Shown: positions 1 through 9,928 of the stretch, in pieces
Layout of the letters: every line of letters starts with the position of its first letter
How positions within the stretch are numbered: position 1 is the first letter of the stretch
Source: Gammaproteobacteria bacterium
GTDB lineage: Bacteria > Pseudomonadota > Gammaproteobacteria > SZUA-140
Assembly: GCA_003230085.1 (NCBI GenBank)
Contig: QIGV01000129.1
Coordinates: forward strand, 1-59,665
Length of the DNA: 59,665 nucleotides
Direction: 5' to 3'
Notes under the pieces: model-generated
Told to the model about the DNA's origin: nothing
What the model saw: only the letters and a program-made list of their open reading frames with translations
The model's database searches: none
Translations under genes and position numbers: made by a program

Positions 1-35
1 TTGCCATTGAACTGCAAAATAAGGGAGTCACTATT

Positions 36-581
36 ATGGCACAAGATGCCGACAATCTGATATGGATCGATCTTGAAATGACAGGGCTCGATCCTGATCA
101 GGACCATATCATTGAAATGGCAACGATAGTCACTGATAGCGCTCTGAATGTCCTTGCCGAGGGCCCAGTGATCGCTATTCATCAGGAAGAAAGTATTTTA
201 TCGGGTATGGATGAATGGAATACCCGGCAACATAACGGTTCAGGCCTGGTTGATCGTGTTCGCCAGAGCCGTTGTGATGAAAAAGAAGCGGAACAGCAGA
301 CGCTGGCGTTTCTCACAAAGTATGTGGCGCCTGGGAGATCTCCTATGTGTGGCAACAGTATTTGCCAGGATCGTCGTTTCCTGGTTCGTTGGATGCCGGA
401 TCTGGAACGCCACTTTCACTATCGCCACATCGATGTCAGCACACTAAAAGAGTTGGCGCGGCGTTGGTCACCATCTGTTTATAAAGGGATGAGCAAGGAT
501 TCCAGTCATCAGGCCCTTGATGATATTCGTGATTCAATCCAGGAGTTGGTGTATTACAGGGAGCATTTCATCAAAATATGA
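36..581 (+). CDS. orn: oligoribonuclease
   Basis: 181-aa ORF. It has the N-terminal [12 protein letters not shown] exonuclease motif and the C-terminal [11 protein letters not shown] motif typical of Orn. It neighbours queG/nnr/tsaE as in enterobacteria. Confidence 0.95.
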   Translation: MAQDADNLIWIDLEMTGLDPDQDHIIEMATIVTDSALNVLAEGPVIAIHQEESILSGMDEWNTRQHNGSGLVDRVRQSRCDEKEAEQQTLAFLTKYVAPGRSPMCGNSICQDRRFLVRWMPDLERHFHYRHIDVSTLKELARRWSPSVYKGMSKDSSHQALDDIRDSIQELVYYREHFIKI

Positions 582-598
582 GTGCTCAATAGTGAGCG

Positions 599-1234
599 CT
601 ATTTCCCGGTAGTGCTGGTTTCCCACCAGGGCGGCGGGGAGCCTTCGTGAGGTACGCTGTGGCAGCGCTCGCACATAAAAAGGCTGAATGACACCTTGTC
701 ATGGCAGACACCACAATATTCGCCGCGCAACACCTTGGTCATACTGATCGGGTTGGCATCTTCCCGGGGTATAAATATTTTTGGATGACAGTTGCTGCAG
801 GCCAGCCATTGGGTATGTGGTTTATGAGGGAAACGGACCCAGGGCATCTGCATGGTATTTTTCATGATAATGTCAAAATCCATTTCCATGGGTAGTGCCT
901 CATCCCATTCATCCCCGGTACGACTTTTTCGCGGGGTAATAATGCCGGATTGAATGGCCTGTACCCAATCGACTTCCCCACGTCGATCTTTGGGGAAATT
1001 TTTCATTGATTCATCCGGATCCTGTAATATTTCGATCGCTTCACCTCTGGGATCGTGGATGCCGTCGTTTGCTAGTGGTGAGCGGGGCGGCGCCTGCAAA
1101 TCGAGGGCCACGGCTGGCAGGATATACAACAGTGACATGAGTGAAATCAGGACGATAGTCAGCGGCAGGCCGGGAATATGTAAATTTGCTGACCTGGAGC
1201 TCCCATGATCCTGGCCCTTAATTATTTTTTTCAT
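599..1234 (-). CDS. membrane-anchored triheme c-type cytochrome (c7/c3-like domain)
   Basis: Three CxxCH motifs (CSNCH, CGVCH, CERCH) in the C-terminal 70 aa. An N-terminal hydrophobic anchor (LPLTIVLISLMSLLYILPAVA) is present. The start was moved to the ATG at 1234 (MKKIIKG), which has GGGAA 9 nt upstream. This ATG overlaps the queG stop as ATGA. Confidence 0.75.
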   Translation of the reverse strand: MKKIIKGQDHGSSRSANLHIPGLPLTIVLISLMSLLYILPAVALDLQAPPRSPLANDGIHDPRGEAIEILQDPDESMKNFPKDRRGEVDWVQAIQSGIITPRKSRTGDEWDEALPMEMDFDIIMKNTMQMPWVRFPHKPHTQWLACSNCHPKIFIPREDANPISMTKVLRGEYCGVCHDKVSFSLFMCERCHSVPHEGSPPPWWETSTTGK

Positions 1235-2346
1235 GGCAAACATTCCCTGCTTGATATCTTGTTTAGTTTTTGTTGTTGTTTCAAGGCCCACTCGATGTGT
1301 TCCTTGACCATGGGAGTTGCCTGATTCTTGCGCAAATTCAGGGTGTCTATAATCTTCTCATTTGCAGGTGCATTCCCCAAGCCAACCGCAAGATTTCGTA
1401 GCCAACGTTCGTAGCCTATCCTGCGAATCGCTGAGCCTTCAGTATATCTCATGAACTCATCCTCGCTCCATAAAAACAGGTCTATTAATTGGCGCTGGTC
1501 GAGCCGGTGGCGCGGGTGGTAGTCTTTTTCTCCGGTAATTTGGGCGAATCGGTTCCAGGGGCATACGAGCTGGCAGTCATCACAGCCATAGACCCTGTTT
1601 CCTATCAGTGGACGCAGTTCTTCCGGAATGCTGCCCTTTAATTCAATCGTCAGGTAAGAGATACAGCGACGGGCATCCAGTCGGTAAGGCGCGATGATGG
1701 CTTGTGTAGGACATATTTTCATACAGTCCGAGCAATGGCCGCAATGATTTTTGGCGAGGTTGTCCACAGGTAGAGGAAGGTCTGTGTAGAGCTCTCCCAG
1801 GAAAAACCATGAGCCGGCCTCTTTGTTCAGGAGATTGGTGTGCTTTCCAATCCACCCGAGTCCCGCTTTTTGCGCCAGTGCCTTTTCCAGTACTGGCGCA
1901 CTGTCAACAAAAGCGCGGTAACCATAGGGCCCGATGGCAGACTCGATCCGGTCAGCCAGGCGTTGTAATCTGCGCCGCATGAGTTTGTGATAATCGCGCC
2001 CCAGCGCATAGCGGGAGATATAGGCCTGGTTCTTGTCATTCAACACCTGTTCTGCCGGTGCCGCTTCGGGTAGGTAGTCCATGCGCACGGAAATAATACG
2101 TATCGTCCCCGGCTGCAGTTTGTCAGGTTGGCTGCGCTTCAGTTCATTGCGCGCCATATAGCTCATTTCACCGTGCATGCCTGTGTTCAGCCAGTCCCGG
2201 AGGTGAGCCTTGTCCTGATCAAGCTGTGTATCGGTGATGCCCGTTTGTTGGAAACCGAGTTCACTTGACCAGCGTTTGATATCCAGTGACAGGCGCTGGC
2301 ACTCTGCATCAGAAAAACGGGTCGAGATGTTCTGTATAGCTTGCAT
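1231..2346 (-). CDS. queG: epoxyqueuosine reductase
   Basis: Strong QueG-like sequence with two 4Fe-4S ferredoxin motifs (CGHCSDCMKICP, CDDCQLVCP). The ORF-track N-terminal extension was rejected. The start was set at the ATG at 2346 (MQAIQNIS), divergent from nnr. Confidence 0.9.
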   Translation of the reverse strand: MQAIQNISTRFSDAECQRLSLDIKRWSSELGFQQTGITDTQLDQDKAHLRDWLNTGMHGEMSYMARNELKRSQPDKLQPGTIRIISVRMDYLPEAAPAEQVLNDKNQAYISRYALGRDYHKLMRRRLQRLADRIESAIGPYGYRAFVDSAPVLEKALAQKAGLGWIGKHTNLLNKEAGSWFFLGELYTDLPLPVDNLAKNHCGHCSDCMKICPTQAIIAPYRLDARRCISYLTIELKGSIPEELRPLIGNRVYGCDDCQLVCPWNRFAQITGEKDYHPRHRLDQRQLIDLFLWSEDEFMRYTEGSAIRRIGYERWLRNLAVGLGNAPANEKIIDTLNLRKNQATPMVKEHIEWALKQQQKLNKISSRECLP

Positions 2347-2365
2347 AACCGTTATGATAACCCGA

Positions 2366-3844
2366 ATGGAAGCCTTGCCCCACATCTTGTATCGCGCTTC
2401 ACAGGTTCGTGAGCTGGATCGTATTGCGATCGAGGATTTCGCTATTCCTGGTATGGTTTTAATGGAACGTGCAGGAAAAGCAGCATTCGAGGTATTGCGT
2501 GCCCATTGGCCTGATGCAAGGAGTATCGCCGTACTGTGCGGGACCGGTAACAATGGTGGCGATGGCTATGTCGTGGCGCGTCTCGCCTATGAAGCCGGTC
2601 TTGCGGTCGATGTGCTGCAGCTGGGTGATGTCAGTCGGACGCGGGGTGATGCCCGCAATATGCTTGAAACGATGCGCGGGGCAGGGGTTGTTGAAACGCC
2701 TTACACAGGGCAGCCGCTGCTCGGGTATGACATCATTGTTGATGCATTGCTGGGCACCGGACTGGAGCGCCCGGTCGAGGGGGGCTGGCTGACAGCAATC
2801 AAGGCCATCAATCATAGCAAGGGTCGAGTGTTGGCCATCGATATGCCAACAGGTCTGCATGCGGATAGCGGTAGTGTACTTGGAATGGCTGTTAAGGCAG
2901 ACATCACCATCACTTTCATCGGTGTCAAACAGGGCATGTTAACCGCACAAGGCGTGGAGTCATGTGGCAAACTGGTTTTCAACAGCCTTGATGTACCTGA
3001 CAACGTATTTAGACACATTTCTCCCACAGCGATCACAACTGCTGCCTTCAATCTACGGCGCCTGTTACCACGGCGTAACCGCAATGCCCATAAGGGACAT
3101 TTCGGCCATGTGCTGGTGGTCGGCGGAGATCGGGGTATGTCCGGCGCTGTGCGTCTGGCCGGAGAGGCGGCAATGCGGATCGGGGCTGGTTTGGTCAGCA
3201 TTGCGACACAGCCAGAACATGCAGTAGTGCTTAATCTGATGCGCCCGGAGCTGATGATTCGCGGCGTGACTGGTGCCGCTGATCTCAGGCCCATGTTGGC
3301 ACGTGCCAGTATCCTTGCTATTGGCCCTGGCCTTGGCCAATCCCGTTGGGCGCAGCAAATACTGGCGACCAGCCTGGAAGCCGGGCGTACCATGGTTATT
3401 GATGCCGATGCCCTGAATTTATTGGCGCAGAACCCTGTGCAGCATAATGATTGGATATTGACTCCCCATCCTGGTGAGGCGGCGCGCCTGCTGGGCGTGT
3501 CCATACAGGAGATTCAGGAGGATCGTTTCCAGGCCGCCCGGGAAATTCAGCGTCGCTATGGCGGTATCTGTGTCTTGAAAGGGGCTGGAACCTTGATTGA
3601 TGCCGGTCATCGCGCAACGGTTATTTGCAATGAGGGGAATCCCGGAATGGCAGGCGGCGGAATGGGGGATGTGCTCACCGGTGTTATTGCGGGGCTGTTA
3701 GCCCAGGGGATGACCCCGGTAGCCGCTGCCTGTCAGGGGGTGGCGTTGCATGCCCGGGCGGGTGATCAGGCGGCCCGGCAGGGCGAGCGGGGGCTGTTGG
3801 CCAGTGATCTCATGCCTTGTCTACGTCATTTGGTCAATTTCTGA
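2366..3844 (+). CDS. nnr: bifunctional NAD(P)H-hydrate repair enzyme (epimerase / ADP-dependent dehydratase)
   Basis: N-terminal YjeF_N domain (GTGNNGGDG) plus a C-terminal carbohydrate-kinase-like domain (GPGLG, GGMGDVLTG). The start was set at the ATG at 2366 (MEALPHILY). Position before tsaE matches E. coli yjeF. Confidence 0.9.
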   Translation: MEALPHILYRASQVRELDRIAIEDFAIPGMVLMERAGKAAFEVLRAHWPDARSIAVLCGTGNNGGDGYVVARLAYEAGLAVDVLQLGDVSRTRGDARNMLETMRGAGVVETPYTGQPLLGYDIIVDALLGTGLERPVEGGWLTAIKAINHSKGRVLAIDMPTGLHADSGSVLGMAVKADITITFIGVKQGMLTAQGVESCGKLVFNSLDVPDNVFRHISPTAITTAAFNLRRLLPRRNRNAHKGHFGHVLVVGGDRGMSGAVRLAGEAAMRIGAGLVSIATQPEHAVVLNLMRPELMIRGVTGAADLRPMLARASILAIGPGLGQSRWAQQILATSLEAGRTMVIDADALNLLAQNPVQHNDWILTPHPGEAARLLGVSIQEIQEDRFQAAREIQRRYGGICVLKGAGTLIDAGHRATVICNEGNPGMAGGGMGDVLTGVIAGLLAQGMTPVAAACQGVALHARAGDQAARQGERGLLASDLMPCLRHLVNF

Positions 3845-3848
3845 TTCT

Positions 3849-4292
3849 ATGGAGATCCAATCGGCCGCGGAGATGGAAGCGCTGGGCGCTCGGCTTGCGC
3901 AGTGTATCAGTGAGCCGGTCATGATATTCCTGCGTGGTCCGCTGGGAGCAGGCAAAACAACCCTGGTACGGGGTCTTCTAAGATCTAGTGGCCATCAGGG
4001 CGCCGTTAAAAGCCCGACCTATACCCTGGTTGAGAGCTACGCCGGGAAGGAGTATCAGATTCATCATTTTGATCTATATCGCCTGGGGCACCCCGAGGAG
4101 CTGGAAAATATTGGTATCCGTGACTATCTAGATGGCCGCTCACTATGCCTGGTAGAGTGGCCGGAGCAGGGCGTCAGTATTTTGCCGTCACCGGATCTGG
4201 AGTTGCAACTTGCCTATGCAGGCGAGCGCCGGGATGTCTCGATTAAGGCAGGATCTCCCGCTGGAGCCAATATAATGGCTTGTTTACAGTAG
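3849..4292 (+). CDS. tsaE: tRNA t6A37 threonylcarbamoyladenosine biosynthesis protein TsaE
   Basis: P-loop GPLGAGKTT and the HFDLYRL motif. The start is the ATG at 3849, 5 nt after the nnr stop. The longer ORF-track start overlaps nnr. Confidence 0.9.
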   Translation: MEIQSAAEMEALGARLAQCISEPVMIFLRGPLGAGKTTLVRGLLRSSGHQGAVKSPTYTLVESYAGKEYQIHHFDLYRLGHPEELENIGIRDYLDGRSLCLVEWPEQGVSILPSPDLELQLAYAGERRDVSIKAGSPAGANIMACLQ

Positions 4293-4466
4293 ATTCTGGG
4301 AGATGTGCATTAGAATGGCATGAGCTTTGCTACTTATATTTTGATCTTTTAGGCTGCATTCATCAGGTATTAAAATATATTTACAGTCTATCTCTCTAAA
4401 ATATTTGCATTTATCGGTAGAATGTATTAAAAATTGTCTGAGTCGGAGTCATCTGAGATAAACATA

Positions 4467-5765
4467 ATGAAAAAGCTGATTGCCGTATTGCTATGTCTGT
4501 TACCGTTCTATAGCTTTGGGGCTGCTGTACAGATCAATGGTGTGAGGATGTGGCCTGCGCCAGAGAATACCCGTCTGGTATTCGATGTCAGTGGTCCGGC
4601 AGAGTACAAGCTGTTTGATCTTGAGAATCCCCCACGTTTAGTCATCGACTTGAAAAATGCACGTTTGCTGAATCCCCTGACACAACCCTCGGACTCGGAT
4701 AAGCTCCTCAGGAAGATCCGTTCAGCACCACGCAATGGGCATGATATACGGGTTGTGCTCGATATGCACAATAAGGCGAATTACAAAAGTTTTTTATTGA
4801 AGCCCAATCAAAAATACGGGCACCGTCTGGTAATAGATCTACATCAGCTTGAATCAAGCCGGCCACTGGTCGTCAAGAAGTCGATCCAGAAGAAACAAGG
4901 GTTACGCCAGCTAGTGATCGCTATAGATGCCGGTCATGGCGGAGAAGACCCGGGCGCGATGGGCTACAGTGGCGTCTATGAAAAGGATGTTGTGCTGGCC
5001 ATTGCCCGCAGACTAGAGAGGCTGGTAGAACAGGAGCCAGGTATGCGCCCTGTGATGATCCGGGGTGGTGACTATTATGTCAGTCTGCGCGATCGGACAC
5101 GATTGGCAAGGAAACACAAGGCCGATTTTTATATCTCGATACATGCTGATTCGTTCCGTGACAAGCGTGTGCGTGGTATGTCTGTTTATGCCTTGTCCCG
5201 CAATGGTGCCAGTGACGAGGCCGCGCGCTGGCTGGCGGAAAAGGAAAATTCATCAGATCTGATGGGTGGTGTCAGTCTGGACGACAAGGATGATTTGCTG
5301 GCATCGGTATTGTTGGATCTGTCCCAGACTGCAACGATCGAGGCCAGTCTGGCCGTTGGCAATGAAGTGTTGCGCAATATGAAGCCGCTGGGCAAGCTAC
5401 ACAAGAAACGCGTACAACAGGCGCGATTTGTGGTTCTGAAATCTCCGGATATCCCCTCAATTTTAGTGGAAACTGCGTTCATTTCCAATCCCAGCGACGA
5501 CCGAAATTTAAGAAGTGCAAAGCACCAGAAAGCCCTGGCAGCCGCTATGATGAAAGGTGTGCATGTCTATTTTTCCAGAAATCCGCCGTCAGGCACTATT
5601 TATGCCGCAGCCAGGCGGCATACCATTTCCGATGGAGATACCTTGTCGTATCTGGCCGTACATTATCATGTCAGTCTGGCAGCGCTGCGTTCAGTAAATG
5701 CGATCAAGGGTGATAAATTGCGGGTAGGACAGGTATTACGCATACCTGCCGACAACGAAGGTTAA
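4467..5765 (+). CDS. amiB: N-acetylmuramoyl-L-alanine amidase (AMIN + Amidase_3 + C-terminal LysM)
   Basis: Signal peptide MKKLIAVLLCLLPFYSFGAA, then an AMIN-like domain (GVRMWPAPENTRLVFD). The amidase core carries IDAGHGGEDPGA and SIHAD. A LysM domain closes the protein (HTISDGDTLSYLAVHYHVS). The symbol comes from tsaE-amiB-mutL synteny. Confidence 0.88.
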   Translation: MKKLIAVLLCLLPFYSFGAAVQINGVRMWPAPENTRLVFDVSGPAEYKLFDLENPPRLVIDLKNARLLNPLTQPSDSDKLLRKIRSAPRNGHDIRVVLDMHNKANYKSFLLKPNQKYGHRLVIDLHQLESSRPLVVKKSIQKKQGLRQLVIAIDAGHGGEDPGAMGYSGVYEKDVVLAIARRLERLVEQEPGMRPVMIRGGDYYVSLRDRTRLARKHKADFYISIHADSFRDKRVRGMSVYALSRNGASDEAARWLAEKENSSDLMGGVSLDDKDDLLASVLLDLSQTATIEASLAVGNEVLRNMKPLGKLHKKRVQQARFVVLKSPDIPSILVETAFISNPSDDRNLRSAKHQKALAAAMMKGVHVYFSRNPPSGTIYAAARRHTISDGDTLSYLAVHYHVSLAALRSVNAIKGDKLRVGQVLRIPADNEG

Positions 5766-5858
5766 TTTTCCAGGTTATTGACATAAAATAGTCCTCACTT
5801 TCCCTTTTCTTCTTTTATAATCCCTTAATCTAAATTGATTTCGGGATCATAAAATTTC

Positions 5859-7697
5859 ATGCGTATTCATCTCCTGCCCTCACAATTGAGCAACCAGATT
5901 GCTGCTGGCGAAGTGGTCGAGAGACCGGCTTCGGTGATCAAGGAATTGCTGGAGAATAGCCTCGATGCTGGCGCTACCTCTATTGCTGTTGAGGTGATGC
6001 AGGGGGGTGCCAGCTTAATACGTGTTCGCGATAATGGACACGGCATTCATCGCGAGGATCTGGCGATGGCCTTGAGCCGCCATGCGACCAGTAAAATTAC
6101 GTCAGCAGAAGACCTGGATCGCATTGCTACGTTGGGATTTCGTGGTGAGGCCCTGCCTAGCATTGCCTCCGTCTCTAAATTGATGATTACTTCCCGCCAG
6201 AGCGAGGCTGAAGCGGCTTGGTCAATACGCGGTAATGGCACAGATGAGGGTAGTGAGTCGATTACCCCGGGTGAGGTCTCTGCCCGAGAGGGTGCACTGG
6301 TACCCGCAGCCCATCAGGCCGGTACAACGGTTGAGGTCAGGGATCTGTTTTTCAATATCCCGGCACGAAGAAAATTCCTGCGCACCGAAAAAACTGAATT
6401 CAGTCATATCGAAACCGTGTTCCGGCGTATTGCATTGAGCCGTTTCGAGGTGGCGTTTACCCTGACTCACAATCAACGTCAGATCTACCAGCTAAAGCCG
6501 GTAACCGACAGGGCGCAGCAAATAACGCGTGTTGCCGATATTTGCGGGCAGGCCTTTGCATCCAACCTTATTGAAATTGAGTGTGAAACGACTGGTCTGC
6601 GTTTGTGGGGCTGGATAGGTTTGCCGACATTTTCACGTAGTCAGACGGATCTTCAATTCTTTTTCGTGAACGGGCGTGTCATTCGTGATCGTCTGGTAGG
6701 CTATGCGGTTCGCCAAGCCTACCAGGATGTACTTTTCCATGGCCGCCATCCGGTATATGCCTTATATCTTGAAATGTCGGCGGAACAGGTGGATGTCAAT
6801 GTGCATCCTACCAAGCATGAAGTACGCTTCAGGGAGAGTCGTGCAGTGCGCGATTTTCTGTTCAGCGCCATCAACCAGTCCCTAGCGGACATCAGGCCCG
6901 ATAGTGTCAGCGGTGCATCTGCCGGGTTAGTTGCGCGGGAGCAATCATCGGTAACGAATTATGCCCAGTCTCCCGGACCCCGGCAGGCACCTATTTCTTT
7001 ACAAGTACGCGAACAGATGAGTAATGCCTATAACACTTTTTTCAATCTTGCCCGTGAAAATATCCCGGCAGGAGAACAGCTAGCTGTTGCAGAACAAGCG
7101 GCTCATGTCGAAAGCTATCCTTTGGGCCATGCGCTGGCCCAGTTACACGGTGTCTACATATTGGCTGAAAATGAAACAGGCCTGGTGCTGGTAGATATGC
7201 ATGCAGCGCATGAGCGCATCACCTATGAAAGAATGAAAGAGACCCTGCAACAGGGCGGGATCAAGACTCAGCCGCTGCTGGTCCCGGTTTCCCTCACGAT
7301 GAGTCGGCAAGAAGCGGCTTTGGCGGAAGAGCGCCAGGAATATTTTGCAGAACTGGGCTTTGAGATACAACGCCTCTCACCGGAAACCCTGGTTGTCCGG
7401 TCAGTACCAACATTGTTGTGTGAGTCAGATATAGAGTCCTTGGTGAGGGATGTTATTGCCGATATCAGTACCGAGGGTGATAGTGCTCGGGTAGGCGAGA
7501 GGATGAATGAGGTGCTCGCAACCATGGCGTGCCATGGTGCTGTCAGAGCCAATCGTAAGCTCACTCTCCCGGAAATGAATGCCTTGTTGCGTGACATGGA
7601 GAAAACTGAGCGTGGTGGCCAGTGCAATCATGGCCGGCCGACCTGGATAAGCTATTCGATGGATGAGCTAGACAAGCTATTTCTGCGTGGGCAGTAA
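5859..7697 (+). CDS. mutL: DNA mismatch repair protein MutL
   Basis: 612 aa. It has the GHKL ATPase N-terminus ([30 protein letters not shown]) and a conserved C-terminal dimerisation domain. Confidence 0.96.
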   Translation: MRIHLLPSQLSNQIAAGEVVERPASVIKELLENSLDAGATSIAVEVMQGGASLIRVRDNGHGIHREDLAMALSRHATSKITSAEDLDRIATLGFRGEALPSIASVSKLMITSRQSEAEAAWSIRGNGTDEGSESITPGEVSAREGALVPAAHQAGTTVEVRDLFFNIPARRKFLRTEKTEFSHIETVFRRIALSRFEVAFTLTHNQRQIYQLKPVTDRAQQITRVADICGQAFASNLIEIECETTGLRLWGWIGLPTFSRSQTDLQFFFVNGRVIRDRLVGYAVRQAYQDVLFHGRHPVYALYLEMSAEQVDVNVHPTKHEVRFRESRAVRDFLFSAINQSLADIRPDSVSGASAGLVAREQSSVTNYAQSPGPRQAPISLQVREQMSNAYNTFFNLARENIPAGEQLAVAEQAAHVESYPLGHALAQLHGVYILAENETGLVLVDMHAAHERITYERMKETLQQGGIKTQPLLVPVSLTMSRQEAALAEERQEYFAELGFEIQRLSPETLVVRSVPTLLCESDIESLVRDVIADISTEGDSARVGERMNEVLATMACHGAVRANRKLTLPEMNALLRDMEKTERGGQCNHGRPTWISYSMDELDKLFLRGQ

Positions 7698-7819
7698 GGG
7701 AAGGCTCCCGTATACTAAGAGCGGAAGTTTAAACGGTAAAGATAATCGACAGCCGCCAACCCCTTGCAGTCCTTCGGGCCACGTGCCGGGACGATCGGAA
7801 AGCAAATCACCATAAAGAA

Positions 7820-7909
7820 GAAAACCGGGGTCAGACTTCAGTTTCTAAAACCGAACTCAGACTACAGTTTTCTTAATGCGGTAGAAACTGAAGTCTGACC
7901 CCGGTTTTC
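7820..7909. repeat. 27-bp perfect inverted repeat (36-nt spacer) containing a third degenerate direct copy; probable bidirectional terminator or REP-like element
   Basis: 7820-7846 (gaaaaccggggtcagacttcagtttct) is the exact reverse complement of 7883-7909. The spacer at 7847-7873 is a degenerate direct copy of the left arm. The element lies between the convergent mutL and the 7986-8996 gene. Confidence 0.85.
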
Positions 7910-7985
7910 ACCTCTCGCGACATGCCTGACTCAAGCCTGATAAAAAATGCCAGATAATAATTACCTACGAGAAATAAACTGGAAT

Positions 7986-8996
7986 TTACTGCGCTGCTGC
8001 TTTCGGGGGCATGTCGCCATCTGTTACTTCAGTGGCTTCGGTATTATTTTCACTAGCTGGAGGGGTTTCGATATCCACATCATCAAGGATGGCACCACTT
8101 TCTTGTGCGTCTGAGTCCTGTGTTTCCTCCGATGCTTTATCCGGAATAGAGGCATTTCCCTCCAGGTCTTCAACTTTCAGCATGCCTTCATCTTCGTCAT
8201 CGCTATCGTCAATGCTGATTTCCTCTGTCTCGCTATTTTCGTCTTCAGCGACAATCTCAGGTTCTGAATCTTCAGCTTCATTGTCCTCGATACTGATTTC
8301 GTCACCTGTGTCGCTGAGGGTGTCTGGAGTATCATCAGATTCCACCATGATGCCTTCATCAGCAGGTGCATCATCTTCAGCGTCAGGTGACTCTATATTG
8401 TTTGTTTGCGAAGCTTGATTTTCCTGCTCGGCCTTCTCTTGTTCTTGCTTCTCTTTGTCGAACGCCGAGACATACTCGGACATTATACTATCCAGCTCTT
8501 TCTTGGTGCCATCAAGCTCTTCCTTCAACTCACATTTTTCTTTAGACAGCGCATCAACAGTATGTTTGAGACTGTCCATCTTCTTTTTCGTCTGTTTTTC
8601 CGAGCTCTCAAGCGCTGTTGAAGAACTGGAAATCATGGCGCGGTATGGAGAAAGCAGTTTGTCTGTCCACTTGTATAAGCCGGATAGAGAATCATGATCC
8701 TGTGAGATAAAGGTGGTCAGAAGTTTCTTATGGAATTGACTTTCCGCCTTGACCAGTTTGGTAGCAACCTGGCTGGCGTTTTCCTCGTCACTTTCCTGGT
8801 ATATGTCTTTTAGGGTGTTTTCCAGGACCTTCTGGCGTTCTGCATCTGATGCTTCGGTTGCACTGATAATGTTCTGCAAAACGGCTCGACATTGACGTTT
8901 ACGACGTATATACAGGATCGTGAGGACAATCAGAATGATGCTTTCAACTGCAAGCAGTTCACCCATGATTATAAAAAATGTAGGATTAATGTTCAT
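7986..8996 (-). CDS. hypothetical single-pass membrane protein with a coiled-coil region and a highly acidic Asp/Glu-rich C-terminal tail
   Basis: 336-aa ORF. It has an N-terminal transmembrane helix (FFIIMGELLAVESIILIVLTILYI, followed by RRKR). The middle is rich in heptad-like K/E/L sequence. The last ~140 aa are dominated by D/E/S/T. No family was recognised. Confidence 0.6.
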   Translation of the reverse strand: MNINPTFFIIMGELLAVESIILIVLTILYIRRKRQCRAVLQNIISATEASDAERQKVLENTLKDIYQESDEENASQVATKLVKAESQFHKKLLTTFISQDHDSLSGLYKWTDKLLSPYRAMISSSSTALESSEKQTKKKMDSLKHTVDALSKEKCELKEELDGTKKELDSIMSEYVSAFDKEKQEQEKAEQENQASQTNNIESPDAEDDAPADEGIMVESDDTPDTLSDTGDEISIEDNEAEDSEPEIVAEDENSETEEISIDDSDDEDEGMLKVEDLEGNASIPDKASEETQDSDAQESGAILDDVDIETPPASENNTEATEVTDGDMPPKAAAQ

Positions 8997-9239
8997 CTTG
9001 GTCCTGTCTGCAATGCTTTTGCGCTGAATAGCGAGATATATAAAGCAGCGGCGCTCCTATAAAACCCCTGTTTTAAGTATAACGGTCTGGATTGGTAAAT
9101 CTTAAGGCTAAGGTACGTTTTTTCTACTATTAGATGTAATCTGGATGCAGATTAACTTGCTGATTTATCAGGGCTATCAGTATTTTCTGACAGTCCTGGT
9201 GTCTACGAGTGTGGGGGCTTTTCTGGAATGAAAGTATTC

Positions 9240-9557
9240 TTAGAGATCTTTCTGGGATAGAACTTCAGCCTTCCAGCGTACGACGTGGCCGGGGTCAATC
9301 ATCTCTGATAAATGTTCCAGTATCATGTCTACCTTTTCGGGCTCATCAAAGAATTCCACTACGACAGGCAGATTGAGCGATAGGTCCAGAATATTTGAAG
9401 TATGCATGATACCGGATGGGCCAAAGCCCGAAATGCCGCGGAACACCGTGACGCCACGGACATGTTCCCAATCATGCAGACGCTTGATGAGCGCATCAAG
9501 TTTTGATTCAGATTCGGTGAGGTATATTCTCACCATGGTGACTTCTGTTGTTTTCAT
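9240..9557 (-). CDS. DUF190 (P-II-like, CrcB-associated) protein
   Basis: A VRIYLTESE...VTVFRGISGFGPSG signature typical of DUF190. The start was set at the ATG at 9557, which overlaps the crcB stop (ATGA). Confidence 0.8.
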   Translation of the reverse strand: MKTTEVTMVRIYLTESESKLDALIKRLHDWEHVRGVTVFRGISGFGPSGIMHTSNILDLSLNLPVVVEFFDEPEKVDMILEHLSEMIDPGHVVRWKAEVLSQKDL

Positions 9558-9928
9558 AGCTGTCTCCCGGTGATGATGCCCAGCCAGGCTGCACCCAGGC
9601 ACAGGCCAACACTAAGTAAGATATTCAACAAGGCCTTGAGTAAATCACCCTGCTCAATCAGGTTCAGGGTTTCAATCGAGAAAGTAGAAAATGTGGTGAA
9701 TGATCCCAACAATCCAATTAATATCGCTGCCCGCCATTCGCTGCCAATGTTGAGACGATCCATAAATAATACAAACAGGAAACCCATCAATAGGGACCCG
9801 GCAACATTGACCACAAGTGTACCATATGGAAAGGCGCGTCCCAGGATGGAGTGAACGCCTATTGAAGTCCAGTAACGCAGTAGTGCGCCAATAGCGCCTC
9901 CTGTAGCGATGGCAAATACCTGGTTCAT
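9554..9928 (-). CDS. crcB: fluoride ion channel CrcB/Fluc
   Basis: A 124-aa four-helix membrane protein with the GAIGALLRY and GSFTTFSTF motifs characteristic of CrcB. Confidence 0.92.
   Translation of the reverse strand: MNQVFAIATGGAIGALLRYWTSIGVHSILGRAFPYGTLVVNVAGSLLMGFLFVLFMDRLNIGSEWRAAILIGLLGSFTTFSTFSIETLNLIEQGDLLKALLNILLSVGLCLGAAWLGIITGRQL

Noticed and set aside
1231-2553. N-terminal extensions in the ORF track. They affect queG (440 aa), nnr from 2234, tsaE from 3750, ald from 15670, infA from 23706, mnmA from 29056, purB from 30884, yccA-like from 38141, cbbR from 39444, cheV from 49508 and flgC from 51933.
   Set aside because: The extensions overlap neighbouring genes or promoters and lack homology. 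Internal ATGs at the conserved N-termini were used instead.
2812-3504. A 230-aa minus-strand ORF. Many similar long antisense ORFs occur in the track, for example 8011-8418 +, 11073-11636 +, 29803-30360 -, 31109-31687 -, 33488-33910 -, 44007-44459 - and 55098-55562 -.
   Set aside because: Each lies entirely antisense to a gene with unmistakable family signatures (nnr, lolA, mnmA, purB, serS, cbbO, flgF and others). Their composition is low-complexity (Arg/Ser/Pro-rich), typical of shadow ORFs.
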